Below, in pieces: positions 1 to 10,008 of a DNA stretch of 64,000 nucleotides. The notes under the pieces were generated by a model, which was not told where the DNA came from, did no database searches, and was given only the letters and a program-made list of their open reading frames with translations. The stretch comes from Naegleria gruberi (Eukaryota), in NCBI GenBank assembly GCA_000004985.1, contig GG738849.1. The stretch is one strand, 5' to 3'. The translations under genes and the position numbers were made by a program. Numbering within the stretch: position 1 is the first letter of the stretch; the number at the start of each line of letters is the position of its first letter.

Positions 1-1084
1 TTCGGAAAAGAGCTATTCATCACATTATCACGATGTTAATTCATATGGATCTCATTACGATCCAAATTTAATGCAAGATGACATGTACAAGTACGATCAT
101 GATTACTATGGATACGATAGAAGATATAATTATCAAATGAGAGGAAGAGATTATTACGATCACAGAGGAACTTATCAAACTGATCCAAACTATAGGTACG
201 CATCACCAAAGGATGCCTATGCCTACAATTCAGCAACAGGTTATGACCATCGTTCTTCCACAAGTGGTGTTAATACTTCTTCTTCACAAGTTTCCTCTTC
301 GACTGGTACTCCAACCAGTGCAACAAGTGTTGATAAGGCATCTTTTTGGAACAATCCTCAATATAATAGAGATAATTATTACTACAAGCAACAACAGCCA
401 TACCAAGGAGCATATAGTACACAATCAACAACCAATGCTTCATATAGCACCCCTCCAAGACAAAATCTTCAAGTTGACACCAGATTCAATAATGCCAACT
501 ATAATAAGGCCAATGCATCAGCTTCCACACCTATTTCTACACCTTCCAAATTGTCTTCAACAGCTGGAAATTTCTCTACTCAACCTTCAACACCAACTAG
601 TGCCTTATCTAATCGACCAACAACAACGCCAATAAGTGCTAACACTGTTGCTTACGTAAACCAATCAGTTTTTCCAACTAACAGCCAACCTGTTGAGCAG
701 CAACAACCTCCAATGTGGGATTATAATGATTATATGGGAACTTTTAAATATTATGATAGTCAAACTCAAAAACATATTATTCGTGTAAGTGAGGGAGACA
801 ATGAATTGGATATGATTAATGAAAGCTTGGAGAGAATAAGGGAGGAAAAGAGACAACTCTATGAGAAATATCTTGCCTCACAAAAGAGGGTTTTGGAAAC
901 TGACTATAATTTAATGTTGGCTGAGCTTGATGTCATTGTCTCCAGCACATCAACTATGGACACCACCCCAGAAACAGTCACTCCTCCAATTTCTGAAACT
1001 AGTTTCTCTACTACTACTACTTCTTTAGATATTACATCCCCACAAACACAACTCGATACAAGTGCCATGCAAATTTCAGTATAG
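1..1084 (+). CDS. 5'-truncated CDS: Tyr/Asp/Asn- and Ser/Thr-rich low-complexity protein with a C-terminal coiled coil; function unknown
   Basis: The 71..1084 reading frame stays open back to nt 2 with the same Y/D/H-rich composition, so the gene starts upstream of the window. TAG stop at 1082-1084. The C-terminal 80 aa are heptad-like (ERIREEKRQLYEKYLASQKRVLETDYNLMLAEL). Confidence 0.5.
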   Translation, partial: SEKSYSSHYHDVNSYGSHYDPNLMQDDMYKYDHDYYGYDRRYNYQMRGRDYYDHRGTYQTDPNYRYASPKDAYAYNSATGYDHRSSTSGVNTSSSQVSSSTGTPTSATSVDKASFWNNPQYNRDNYYYKQQQPYQGAYSTQSTTNASYSTPPRQNLQVDTRFNNANYNKANASASTPISTPSKLSSTAGNFSTQPSTPTSALSNRPTTTPISANTVAYVNQSVFPTNSQPVEQQQPPMWDYNDYMGTFKYYDSQTQKHIIRVSEGDNELDMINESLERIREEKRQLYEKYLASQKRVLETDYNLMLAELDVIVSSTSTMDTTPETVTPPISETSFSTTTTSLDITSPQTQLDTSAMQISV

Positions 1085-1116
1085 CCCTAGATAGAATAAA
1101 GCTACATTTACTGCTT

Positions 1117-3064
1117 TTAATATTTAATGTCTTGGACTGGTTCATCATTTCGGGATGTACTCAAAGAGGAAACACTCTGTGTGTCAGAAATCATGCTGAG
1201 TATATTACTGCTGGTAAGTTTGTTCTTATTACTCCTTCCTGCTAGTACTGACAAGTTGGTATTACTCTGGCTGTCTAAAAGTTGTTCTCTCATGAATTTA
1301 ACTTGTTGAATGAGTTCTGAATTTTCTGAAACCAAATCATCGTATGCTCCTGTTAATATTGAGAGTTTGTCATTATTTTGCATGTCCCTTTTCTGCATTT
1401 GCTCCTCCAACCTTAAAATATAATTCTCTGATTGGGTCAGTTCTTTTGAAACAATTTTCCTACTCTTTCTTTCAGATTCCAGTTTTTCCTTTAGTTTTTC
1501 ATTTTCTACCTTTAATTGTTCAATTATTCCCTTTTGAATTTCTTGTTTAATCCTCATTTCCTTAACAATCCTTGATTCTTTCGGGGTTATGCTTAGAGAA
1601 GAAGAATCGAGAAAAGACTTTAAAGAGCTAGTTAAATTTCTTGTCCTTTCAGTTTGGGATCCATCACTTTCAATGGTCAATTTTTGAAGTAAGGAACTAA
1701 TTTCTGATGTGAGAGATTCTCTTAAGCTCTCTGTTGCTCTTTCATTTTCATACCTATATTTGATTTCTTCTATTTTCTCTCGAAGAGAATAAATTACACT
1801 ATCCTTTTCACTAGATGTCATATTCAACACGGGGAATTTCTTTGGAGTACTATTCAGTAGGGATTGAGAAAGCTTTACGATGGGTGAGTCTTCAGCGCTT
1901 GGAATATCTTTTCGCAAGGTACTATTAACACTTGACAATTCTTCATCAGAAAGATGTTTAGAGAGAGACCGTCTTCCTTTCTTTACGTATGGTCTTTGAC
2001 TTCTAGTGAGGAATTTCTCCAACTCTTCAACTTGTGTTACAAATTGCTCTTCCAAATCGTTCTTTTCCTTAGTGACATCGTCGAGAGCATATTTCAACAC
2101 TCTGTTTGCCTCAATCATTGAATAGAGATCATTATCGGTCTCTAACCCATCATCGTCAGGAATTGGGGTAATGTCAATATTGTGTACAGAATCTATGAGA
2201 AGAGATGAATTTCTTGAAGAAGAATTTACACTTTTGCTCTAGGAATTAGAATTTGTAAATCGTCATCTGCTTGCACTTCCTGATCAATTGAATCATCCAA
2301 ATTGTACACTAATTTTTGAATAGGTTGAGGTGAAGAAGGGTCTTCAGTATTAAAATCCAATTGACTTGCACCATTCGGAGAATCACTAAGGCCAGTCGAA
2401 ATTGAACTAATTTCCGAATTTTCCTCATCCTCTGTATCAGTCATTTTGTATTTATCTGTTGCATATATTCTTCTTGAAAGTGGTTTTTGAGGAGAGGAAG
2501 TTTTTGAGGATTTCTTAATGGCTGATTGAAACATTCTCTCAACTTTTAATCGTTGGGCTTTTTGAATATCAAAATTTTCGGAAATGGCATTACAATATTC
2601 GGATGATGTATTATTGTTCAAAATATAATTATTATTATTATTCGATCGAGATGGGATGGGTTGGAAGTATTATCTTGTTGATGGTAGGGTAATTCTCTGG
2701 AGTAGGAAAACTTTCTAGGAGCATTGCTTCGAATTGGATTGCTGGATGGATGATGGTAATTGATAATATTTTCCTGATATTGTTGAAGATTTTGTTCGGA
2801 AAGAGTTGGATAATGGCTTGATGAATTTAAGGATGAAGAAGAGGAATTGGCAAAGGATGAATTTCTCGATATGACTGCAATGGAAGTACTAGATGATGAG
2901 AGCGAGGGCCTTCTTCCCCGAGAGGAGGTGGATTTCATTGGGGAATTTGAGGCTGCTACAATAATGGCAGCACTTCTCATTCCCAGCTCATCGAGGTAAT
3001 TGCCCTCTCCAATCAATGATGATGATGAAGATGAGGAAAGCAATGATGAGGTCGGTAGACTCAT
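1117..3064 (-). CDS. Serine-rich coiled-coil protein; one gene read as three ORF pieces with two frame disruptions (-1 near 2230 and -1 near 2620-2660). Possible pseudogene, or assembly indels
   Basis: Minus-strand ORFs 3064-2618, 2621-2226 and about 2238-1117 abut or overlap, share S-rich composition, and each successive frame is open before the previous one stops. No GT..AG intron can be placed across the second overlap window. The first junction lies in an (AAT)4/TTTT microsatellite. The second overlap window is only 13 nt and contains an A4 run. An ATTTTGGCGCCAAAAT palindrome lies about 55 nt upstream of the ATG at 3064. Confidence 0.45.
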
Positions 3065-3114
3065 TTCTTTGAGAAGAATTTAGGTATTTTCTGAAGGAGA
3101 AAAAATGTAAATGG

Positions 3115-3130
3115 ATTTTGGCGCCAAAAT
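3115..3130. promoter_or_regulatory. Perfect 16-nt palindrome ATTTTGGCGCCAAAAT (E2F-like TTTSGCGCSAAA element)
   Basis: GC-rich palindrome in AT-rich intergenic DNA, about 55 nt upstream of the ATG at 3064 (minus-strand gene). Confidence 0.5.
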
Positions 3131-3218
3131 TATCAGTTCAACATTAAGAAATAATGTCATTTGAAGTGTAAAGCATGTTTCATAGAATATGCAAATAAAA
3201 GAAAGAAATATATATTTA

Positions 3219-5045
3219 CTATTTCTTTCTGAGAGTGAGTCCAGTGAGTTTGGACAGAGTGAAAAATACTAATGTGTGTAAAGTCACCAGATAAAAGAAG
3301 AGGAATAAACGACCAAGTTTGTGGGATAGCATTAAACCACTACATCTATAAATAAGCTTCTCAGCTGCATTCATATTGTTTAGTCTGTCTTCTCTTTCCT
3401 TCTTGTGGAATCTCTTGAAAGGATCTAATTCTTGTTCATAGAGCTTTTCGTACTTGTTTTGAATTGGTTCATATTCCATATTTGATTCAGGATTTGGTTT
3501 GTTTCTACTTGTTGATGTATTATTACCAAATGATTGTAAATATTTAGTCTTTTCATACAGCTTCAAATTCTCCTTTCTGAGTTTTCCAACCTCATTTTCA
3601 ACTTGTTCCATTTGCTGTTTCAATTGGGCATATTGCTCCTCCATGACATTATTCTTGTCTCTGAAACGGTTACGTTGCTCTGTAAGAATTGATATGAGGG
3701 ATTGAGCATCAGTGGATTCTTCATTCTTTGGTGATTTCATTAAATTGTCCACATTGGATTCCAATCTCTCAATCATGGATGCTTGTTCCTTTGTTTTGGC
3801 TGAAAGTTGAGTGAGTTCTGTGTTGAGCGTTTCGATTTTTTCTTCCTTTTCTCTATTGTTTTGATTGGATTTGGTCAAATCATTTTCCAATTTCATAACC
3901 TTTTCCTTCAATAATTGCTCAACAGTCTTCTCTTGCAAGTTATTGTCATAGCCAAATTCCAATTGTTGAAGTGTGTCAATTCGTTCTCTAAGTTTGGACA
4001 TTTCCTCTCTGGATGGTCTTTGATTCAATTCATGTTGAGTATTCAACAAGAGTTGATGTTGTTGGTGGATTTGATCTTGTAGTTGTTGGATATTTTCCAT
4101 TTTTTCTCTATTTTCCTGTTTAAGGTCATTAATCTTTGTCAGATATTCAGTTTTCATTTCATTAATCATTAATTCCTCATCTACTCGTCCTTCAGAATTT
4201 TCAACAACAGATTTGGCTTGAGATTTCAATTCTAAAATTTCATTTTCATACTTTAACACTTGCTCATGATGCATATCGGATTGATACTGTTTTGATGCTT
4301 CAATTTCTTCAATCTTAGTCTTTAGTTCATAATTTACATTTTGAGTCTCATTGTACAAGTTTGATAAACGGTCATTTTCATTTTTCAACTCCTTGAGTTC
4401 ACTTTGCATTATCAGCTCACGATCTTTGAATTTTTGAATCATTAACTCGTGCTCTTTGGATAATTCATTTTGATTCTTGTACTTTAAAATTTCTTCCTCT
4501 AGCTTTCTAATTGTAACTTCTTGATTTTTCAAATGAGTAAATTCATGTTCATATTCAGTCAATTGTTTTTTCAATTCCTTGATTGTATTTTCATATTCTT
4601 CCTGGCTAGCCTGTTGTTGTGACATTTGTTGATATTTACAAATAATGTGATATGGATCAGGGGCTTCTCTTATTGGCTGATACAATTCCAAGAATAATTT
4701 TTCAGCATTCATTCCTCTGTTTGTCAGAGAATCAATCTCATCTTGATACGATTTGAGCAGTTTTGAGAATGAATTTAATTTTTCATCATTATTCAACTTT
4801 TTAAAATTCTTTGTAAGAGTTGCCAAGTTTTTTCTACTATTAGCTGTTTGTTCTCTAACCTTTACAATATTTAATCCTTGTTCATCAAAAAAGTCTCTCT
4901 TTTTATCTAATTCAATAGTTTTCCACAATTCTTTACATTTTTGTAAATCATTTAAATACATCATTGTTACTGATGAGGTGGGAATTATCGGATCGTTATT
5001 AGAACCACCCGATGATGATGAAGGGACTGTTGGTTGCAACGACAT
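3219..5045 (-). CDS. CASP/Coy1-type golgin (CUX1-related coiled-coil protein with a C-terminal transmembrane anchor)
   Basis: 608 aa ORF. The N-terminus (MMYLNDLQKCKELWKTIELDKKRDFFDEQ...LKSYQDEIDSLTNRGMNAEKLFLELYQPIREAPDP) aligns with the CASP N-terminus. Long coiled coil, then the conserved C-terminal block EKLIYRCSGLMLSHKLGRLFLFFYLVTLHTLVFFTLSKL (compare human CASP EKLIYRSGSLLLSNKHARMVAFFYTLFLHCLVFLVLYKL). ATG at 5043-5045. Confidence 0.8.
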   Translation of the reverse strand: MSLQPTVPSSSSGGSNNDPIIPTSSVTMMYLNDLQKCKELWKTIELDKKRDFFDEQGLNIVKVREQTANSRKNLATLTKNFKKLNNDEKLNSFSKLLKSYQDEIDSLTNRGMNAEKLFLELYQPIREAPDPYHIICKYQQMSQQQASQEEYENTIKELKKQLTEYEHEFTHLKNQEVTIRKLEEEILKYKNQNELSKEHELMIQKFKDRELIMQSELKELKNENDRLSNLYNETQNVNYELKTKIEEIEASKQYQSDMHHEQVLKYENEILELKSQAKSVVENSEGRVDEELMINEMKTEYLTKINDLKQENREKMENIQQLQDQIHQQHQLLLNTQHELNQRPSREEMSKLRERIDTLQQLEFGYDNNLQEKTVEQLLKEKVMKLENDLTKSNQNNREKEEKIETLNTELTQLSAKTKEQASMIERLESNVDNLMKSPKNEESTDAQSLISILTEQRNRFRDKNNVMEEQYAQLKQQMEQVENEVGKLRKENLKLYEKTKYLQSFGNNTSTSRNKPNPESNMEYEPIQNKYEKLYEQELDPFKRFHKKEREDRLNNMNAAEKLIYRCSGLMLSHKLGRLFLFFYLVTLHTLVFFTLSKLTGLTLRKK

Positions 5046-5247
5046 TTTTTTTATGTGATGATGTCATTCGATTTTGTCAGTGGGCAATTTTAGATAGGTT
5101 TCTTTAGTTTATTTGATTAATATAAAATTGAAATTAGCAAATAATTTAACTTACGGATTATCATTATGATTTGTTCTATGATGGATTGAACATGTATTTA
5201 ATGAAAACTAGTTGTTATATATTATTAAAATTTTAAAACTAAAAAAA

Positions 5248-5550
5248 ATGGTAAGTTTTATTGGAGGGATGTGCTAATAATATTCTCATCAATTTAAAAA
5301 TTAGTCATCATCGGATCAAGCCAATCAATTGGAATTATTGAAGAATAAATTTGTTGGAGTTGGACATGCTGATATCACAAAATTTGAATGGGCTGTAAAT
5401 CAACATAGAGATAGTTATGCATCATATGTATCACATTACCCAATGTTATCATATTTTGCCATGATTGAAAATGAATCCGTTCATAGAGAAAGATATCAAT
5501 TTATTGAACGAATGATTAAACCTTGTGGAAATAAGCCAACTAAGCAATAA
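5248..5550 (+). CDS. Splicing factor 3B subunit 5 (SF3b10/Ysf3 family); two exons with an ATG-only first exon: 5248..5250, 5305..5550
   Basis: Exon 2 encodes ...NKFVGVGHADITKFEWAVNQHRDSYASYVSHYPMLSYFAMIENESVHRERYQFIERMIKPCG, which closely matches SF3B5. Exon 2 has no in-frame ATG. aaaaaaaATG at 5248 is followed immediately by GTAAGT; the intron is 54 nt with a GCTAATA branch and TTAG acceptor, and the frame is continuous. Confidence 0.8.
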
Positions 5551-5551
5551 T

Positions 5552-6385
5552 TTATTTTAACAACCAATACAGTAATACAAACGAAACAACTTGTAATGCA
5601 AGTTCAACCTTATACTTTCCAATAAAATTTAAAATATATCTAGTAAGTGAGGTTAGACCTCCACTGTTGCTACTTCTGGATTGTGATTCAATTGATGGTT
5701 TTTGATTATTCTGAGTTACAGAAGTGTTAGATTGGGTGGCTGGTATTGATTCCTTATGTGTCACTTGTTTTGTTGATGGTGGCAGAGCAGAATATCCTCC
5801 GTCATCATAATCCTCGTCTTGTGGCTCTGCAAAATATGCACCTCCAGATTGTTTGAATTTACTATTTCTATACATGTAGGAGAGCTTGTTAAAATTATTT
5901 TGATGCTCAGTAATGGCTTGTGCTTCTTTCATTTGTGATTCCTCTCGTTCCAAATAATCTTCCAATGTATGTCTTTCTTGTTGAGGAAGTGTTTTCATTG
6001 ATTCATTTCCGAGTAATTCTTTTGCCTTGTCAAATAATTGAAGTTTAATGCAAAATTGAATGTAGAGAGTTAAAGTTTTTTGAGATAAACTTGTTGGAGG
6101 AATTTCAAATAATTTATGTACTGATTCATATTCTTGTATTTCATAATAACATTGAATGAGTGTTGAAATAATAAATTCTTGAAGTTGCGAATTTCTAATA
6201 TTTAAAGTAATATTGTCAATACTTGTTCCGTATTGTTTTCCTATACATCCAATACATTCTTTAAATTGTTTTAATTTGAAATGTTTTTTAATTGTTGTGA
6301 TGGTCCACAAATCTACCTTTCCAACCTCCGATAATAATGATGCACCTGATGATGAAGAGCTACTACTTGTTGATGTACGGAGCAT
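5552..6385 (-). CDS. Tail-anchored membrane protein (poly-Ser N-terminus, helical middle region, single C-terminal transmembrane segment); function unknown
   Basis: 277 aa ORF with a C-terminal hydrophobic segment ELALQVVSFVLLYWLLK directly before the stop. Its stop codon (5552-5554) is 1 nt from the SF3b5 stop (5548-5550), so the two genes converge with overlapping 3' ends. Confidence 0.5.
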   Translation of the reverse strand: MLRTSTSSSSSSSGASLLSEVGKVDLWTITTIKKHFKLKQFKECIGCIGKQYGTSIDNITLNIRNSQLQEFIISTLIQCYYEIQEYESVHKLFEIPPTSLSQKTLTLYIQFCIKLQLFDKAKELLGNESMKTLPQQERHTLEDYLEREESQMKEAQAITEHQNNFNKLSYMYRNSKFKQSGGAYFAEPQDEDYDDGGYSALPPSTKQVTHKESIPATQSNTSVTQNNQKPSIESQSRSSNSGGLTSLTRYILNFIGKYKVELALQVVSFVLLYWLLK

Positions 6386-6417
6386 TTTTAATAATAATGA
6401 TTTATTATTGAAATTAC

Positions 6418-6427
6418 TTTTTGCGCC
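6418..6427. promoter_or_regulatory. E2F-like half-palindrome TTTTTGCGCC between divergent genes
   Basis: About 35 nt upstream of the minus-strand ATG at 6385 and 80 nt upstream of the ATG at 6502. Confidence 0.4.
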
Positions 6428-6501
6428 TTAAATTTAAAAAAGTGAACGTTAATCAGTACTGGTTATTTGAAAACTCTCATAAGGAATCATCTTTAAAAAA
6501 A

Positions 6502-8553
6502 ATGGAACAACCTTACCCTTACTCCCATTTTTCAACCACCAACAATTATAACCAAAGGAATAATATGTGGATGAAGGAATCAGAAGACCCTGCCTATGTA
6601 TATAATTATAGTGCCACAGACGATGATATGTCATCCTCATACGAATATTCTTCAAATTGGAGCCAAAGTGCCTCGAACTATTCAGCAAATACAGCAACTA
6701 CCCAATCTTCTCTCACTTCAAAAGAATCCGAGCAGGTTGATCAATTCTTATCATCACTCTATGGATCCGATTATGAAAATATTATTAGTGATGACTCGAG
6801 TTGGAATTCAAGGCAAACGTCTGACCAATTTAAAAACGTGGCCAATATGTCGTTAGCAGAGCTTAATGATGCCCTAAACATCATGTTGCCTTATGAATCA
6901 CCAAACAAAACTACTTCATCAGAGAATAGTAGTGGCAAAATTTCTTCTTCCCATTCACCAACTTTGAAACCTTCAACCAGAAAGACTTCAAATAATTCAA
7001 TCTTTCATGCCCTCTATGAGAATAGTAATGACTGTTTTAGTGGAGCAAAATCTTGTATTGATCTCTCGTCGACGAGTGGCAGTAACAAGGAGAATACCTA
7101 TGCAACTAGCCCTTTGTCCAGTAACAGATCATCTCTATGTTTATCGCCATGTTCTACCAGTAGCTCTCTAACAAAGGTTAGAGAATTCAATCTCCAAACC
7201 GAGAAGAGATCCAGAATTATTAATAATGATATTGTGAAAAAAGAGGAGAAAGAATGTACTTTTCGACCAAAAATCAATTCAACCTCGTCAAGCATTGTAC
7301 AGTGTGACAAGTTTCACGACAGATTAGTAAAATGGCAAGAGAAAAAACGAAAAGAAACTGAGAGAAAGAGAGAGGAATTACTTCAGGAAGAAAATACTCA
7401 ATGTACATTTAAACCAAAAGTATTTTCAGTATCCTCAAATACAGAATCAGATGCGTGTATCAAGCTATTCAACAGTGCAACAAAGTTGGTCGAGAAAAAG
7501 AAGCACAATATTAAAAAGTTGGAACAAGAAGAAATGAAAGAATGTTCCTTCAAGCCATCCATATCAGGAGATCCTTCAGTACAATCAAGGTATTTGGATC
7601 AATCAAAGAAATCAACATCTACTGTGGAGGATGAAGAATGTACCTTCCAGCCAAACATTAGAAAGTCCATTGGAGGACAAAACTCTTCCTATCTTAAGAG
7701 TAATCCCTTTGAAAGATTGAGTAAGGTAAATAGATCTAGAATGGAATTTGATGAAAAAGATTCATTGTTGGATGAATTGACTGATTTGGAATCAGTCGAT
7801 TCATCAAATCAATCAAGTTGGCAGTCTTCTAGACCAAGTTCTGCACCATCCTCAAGGGGAGGAAGAGCTTACCAGGCATCTGTTGAGGAAACTAGTAGAA
7901 AAACCTTTAAGGATTTCATAGACAGGCAACAAAACACAATGAAAAGGAAGGAGCAAAAGATAAATTTCATTAAGAGCAATATGGAACACTCACACAAGCC
8001 TTCAATCAACAAAACTAGTATTGATTTGGCGAAAAATAGAAGTAAGACACCTTTTGAAGAACGGGTAAAGAATGAAATTAACAGAAAGAAACTAAATGAA
8101 AGGCAACAATCCGCACTTGCTGAGAAAAATTGTACATTCCAGCCCCAAATTAACAAAACCTCAAAACAGCTACCCTCGAGAGGGGTGGAAGAGTTGAGTA
8201 AGGGAGATTTGAACCTGAAACAAAAGAAAATAGAACAAACAAAGAAGGTTCTTGAGAGAAGTGAGTTTAAAGACGTAACATTCAAACCAAAAACCAACAA
8301 TGGTACTAAAGCCAAGTCAATTCTCAAATTATCGACTGAACCAGAAACCTATATTGAAAGAATTACTCAATATAAGGAACGAAATGAATACAAGAAGAAA
8401 ATGATGCTGCTTTCAAAGGAACAAAAAGAGCTCGAAGAGTGTACCTTCAAGCCACAAATTCACGATGCACCAGTTTATGTTAAAGAGATTGCTAAATCGA
8501 TGGCATTTGCAAGACAATTAGAGAATCAAGAAATACAAATTAAATGGCGTTAG
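6502..8553 (+). CDS. Repeat protein with seven [EQ]-C-T-F-[KRQ]-P-x-[IV] motifs (ECTFRPKIN, QCTFKPKVF, ECSFKPSIS, ECTFQPNIR, NCTFQPQIN, DVTFKPKTN, ECTFKPQIH); possibly TPX2-like or microtubule-associated, unassigned
   Basis: The 6421..8553 ORF runs from a TTG; the first ATG with an A-rich context is at 6502. Seven evenly spaced cysteine-containing repeats separated by K/E-rich helical spacers. An E2F-like TTTTTGCGCC element lies at 6418-6427, about 80 nt upstream. Confidence 0.55.
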   Translation: MEQPYPYSHFSTTNNYNQRNNMWMKESEDPAYVYNYSATDDDMSSSYEYSSNWSQSASNYSANTATTQSSLTSKESEQVDQFLSSLYGSDYENIISDDSSWNSRQTSDQFKNVANMSLAELNDALNIMLPYESPNKTTSSENSSGKISSSHSPTLKPSTRKTSNNSIFHALYENSNDCFSGAKSCIDLSSTSGSNKENTYATSPLSSNRSSLCLSPCSTSSSLTKVREFNLQTEKRSRIINNDIVKKEEKECTFRPKINSTSSSIVQCDKFHDRLVKWQEKKRKETERKREELLQEENTQCTFKPKVFSVSSNTESDACIKLFNSATKLVEKKKHNIKKLEQEEMKECSFKPSISGDPSVQSRYLDQSKKSTSTVEDEECTFQPNIRKSIGGQNSSYLKSNPFERLSKVNRSRMEFDEKDSLLDELTDLESVDSSNQSSWQSSRPSSAPSSRGGRAYQASVEETSRKTFKDFIDRQQNTMKRKEQKINFIKSNMEHSHKPSINKTSIDLAKNRSKTPFEERVKNEINRKKLNERQQSALAEKNCTFQPQINKTSKQLPSRGVEELSKGDLNLKQKKIEQTKKVLERSEFKDVTFKPKTNNGTKAKSILKLSTEPETYIERITQYKERNEYKKKMMLLSKEQKELEECTFKPQIHDAPVYVKEIAKSMAFARQLENQEIQIKWR

Positions 8554-8630
8554 TTTATTTTCTTCTGTTTTATTTGCTTAATTAACATATTGTTTATGAA
8601 CAAAACGGTTTTCTAATTGGAAAATGAGGG

Positions 8631-8650
8631 AATTTTTGGCGCCAATTTTG
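8631..8650. promoter_or_regulatory. E2F-like palindrome AATTTTTGGCGCCAATTTTG
   Basis: 50-70 nt upstream of the ATG at 8702. Confidence 0.5.
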
Positions 8651-8701
8651 TTTCCCGCCTTTCAAATCACATCAAAATCTTAATAAAACAATTTAAAAAA
8701 A

Positions 8702-9980
8702 ATGGAACCAATTGATGACTCTGATCTCGAAAATGCTATGCAGGATACTAACTCTACAAATCTCTCCACTCTAGAGAAAAAGTTAAAGGAGAAGAATCAG
8801 CAGCTGAAAAAGGTTTGTATTATCTTGTTGTCTACGAATGTCAACACAACATAGCTATCAAAAGCTTTCTATGCTCTCCAACAAGAGAAGAGAGACTTGG
8901 AAGAGTATTGTATTGTGTTGGAATCGGAAAATATGGAATTTAAAAAAGTTAGGGAACAAATGGATTTCCTCAAAAGCAAAGACGAAGACATTGCTAGACA
9001 ACATCAAAAGCTTTTAGAAAATGAGGAAAGACACATTCAAAAATTGGAAAGAGATATTGAAAAGTATAAAGACGAGAAGAAGAAACTTCAATCAAAGATC
9101 AAGGATTACTTTCTTCCTGAAATCAAAAAATTGCAAATGCTTAGTTCAAAACTGGAAAAGAGTAACATTATGCAAAAAAATCAAATCAAGGAATTTAAAC
9201 GAGAAGTCCAAGAAAAGAATCAAAGGATTAATGAAATGATTGAAGAAAATAGAAGGGATGAATCTCTTCAGAATATCAAGTTTCTTAGAGATCAAAATTC
9301 GACACTTCAAGCAGATCTTAAAGTACTGAAACAAAAACTTGTCACAAAGAACGCATTATGTGAAGATCAGTATGTTGAGCTTCAAGATCTGAGAGCAAAA
9401 GTCGAGGATTTGGATAACAAGCTAGCAAGGAAAACAAATTGGAATCAACAGACTCAATTATTTTACACAGAAAAGAAAGAGCACATAGATGTATTAAAGA
9501 GGGAAAAGATGGCACTCACACGACAACTTAAAAAAGAAGGTAAAAAAGCAACGAAACGAGAAGAAATTATTACAGACCTACTGGAAAGAAATGCTAAACT
9601 GAGAGAGGCCCTTATATGTACGAGTGTTCCTCCAGCCACAGTAGTTGACCATGTTGTCGAAAAATCATTCTATGACAATGTTTCGAATCAACTTAAACTT
9701 ATACAGCAACAGTTAGATATGGACGTGGTTGGTGATCCGTAAGTACTATTAGTTTTATAAGATTATTAATTATCAAAATAATCATTTGTTTAAAAACAGA
9801 GAGCACATTGAAACCAACAGACTTGAAAAGGTAGTTCAAGAAATTCCAATCACATTCCCAACATCCCCACCAAGATTTGATGATAACAAAGAATTAACAA
9901 AAGAACTGAAAAATGAAAGTGCAAGACTTCTCACAAAATCAGTGTTTTTAACGAACGAATTTAAGGAAGTCAACATTTAA
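8702..9980 (+). CDS. Coiled-coil protein of unknown function; three exons (8702..8812, 8855..9738, 9800..9980)
   Basis: aaaaaaaATG at 8702. Intron 1 is 8813-8854 (42 nt, GTTTGT..TAG). Intron 2 is 9739-9799 (61 nt, GTAAGT..AAACAG). Both joins restore the frame of ORFs 8897..9742 and 9786..9980. The product is heptad-rich throughout. An E2F-like palindrome lies at 8631-8650. Confidence 0.55.
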
Positions 9981-10008
9981 TGAAACTTGTAAATATATAA
10001 ATTATAAC

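Noticed and set aside
213-635. Numerous 60-160 aa ORFs in alternative frames or antisense to long genes (for example 213..635, 7869..8327, 18030..18524, 22463..22717, 42605..43042, 47819..48172)
   Set aside because: They lie entirely inside better-supported conserved genes, are low-complexity or hydrophobic junk, and lack A-rich start contexts.
2218-2262. 17-19 nt intron (gtaaattcttcttcaag) to fuse ORFs in the 1117-3064 gene
   Set aside because: It is far below the minimum intron size seen elsewhere here. A single A in an A4 run explains the shift more simply.
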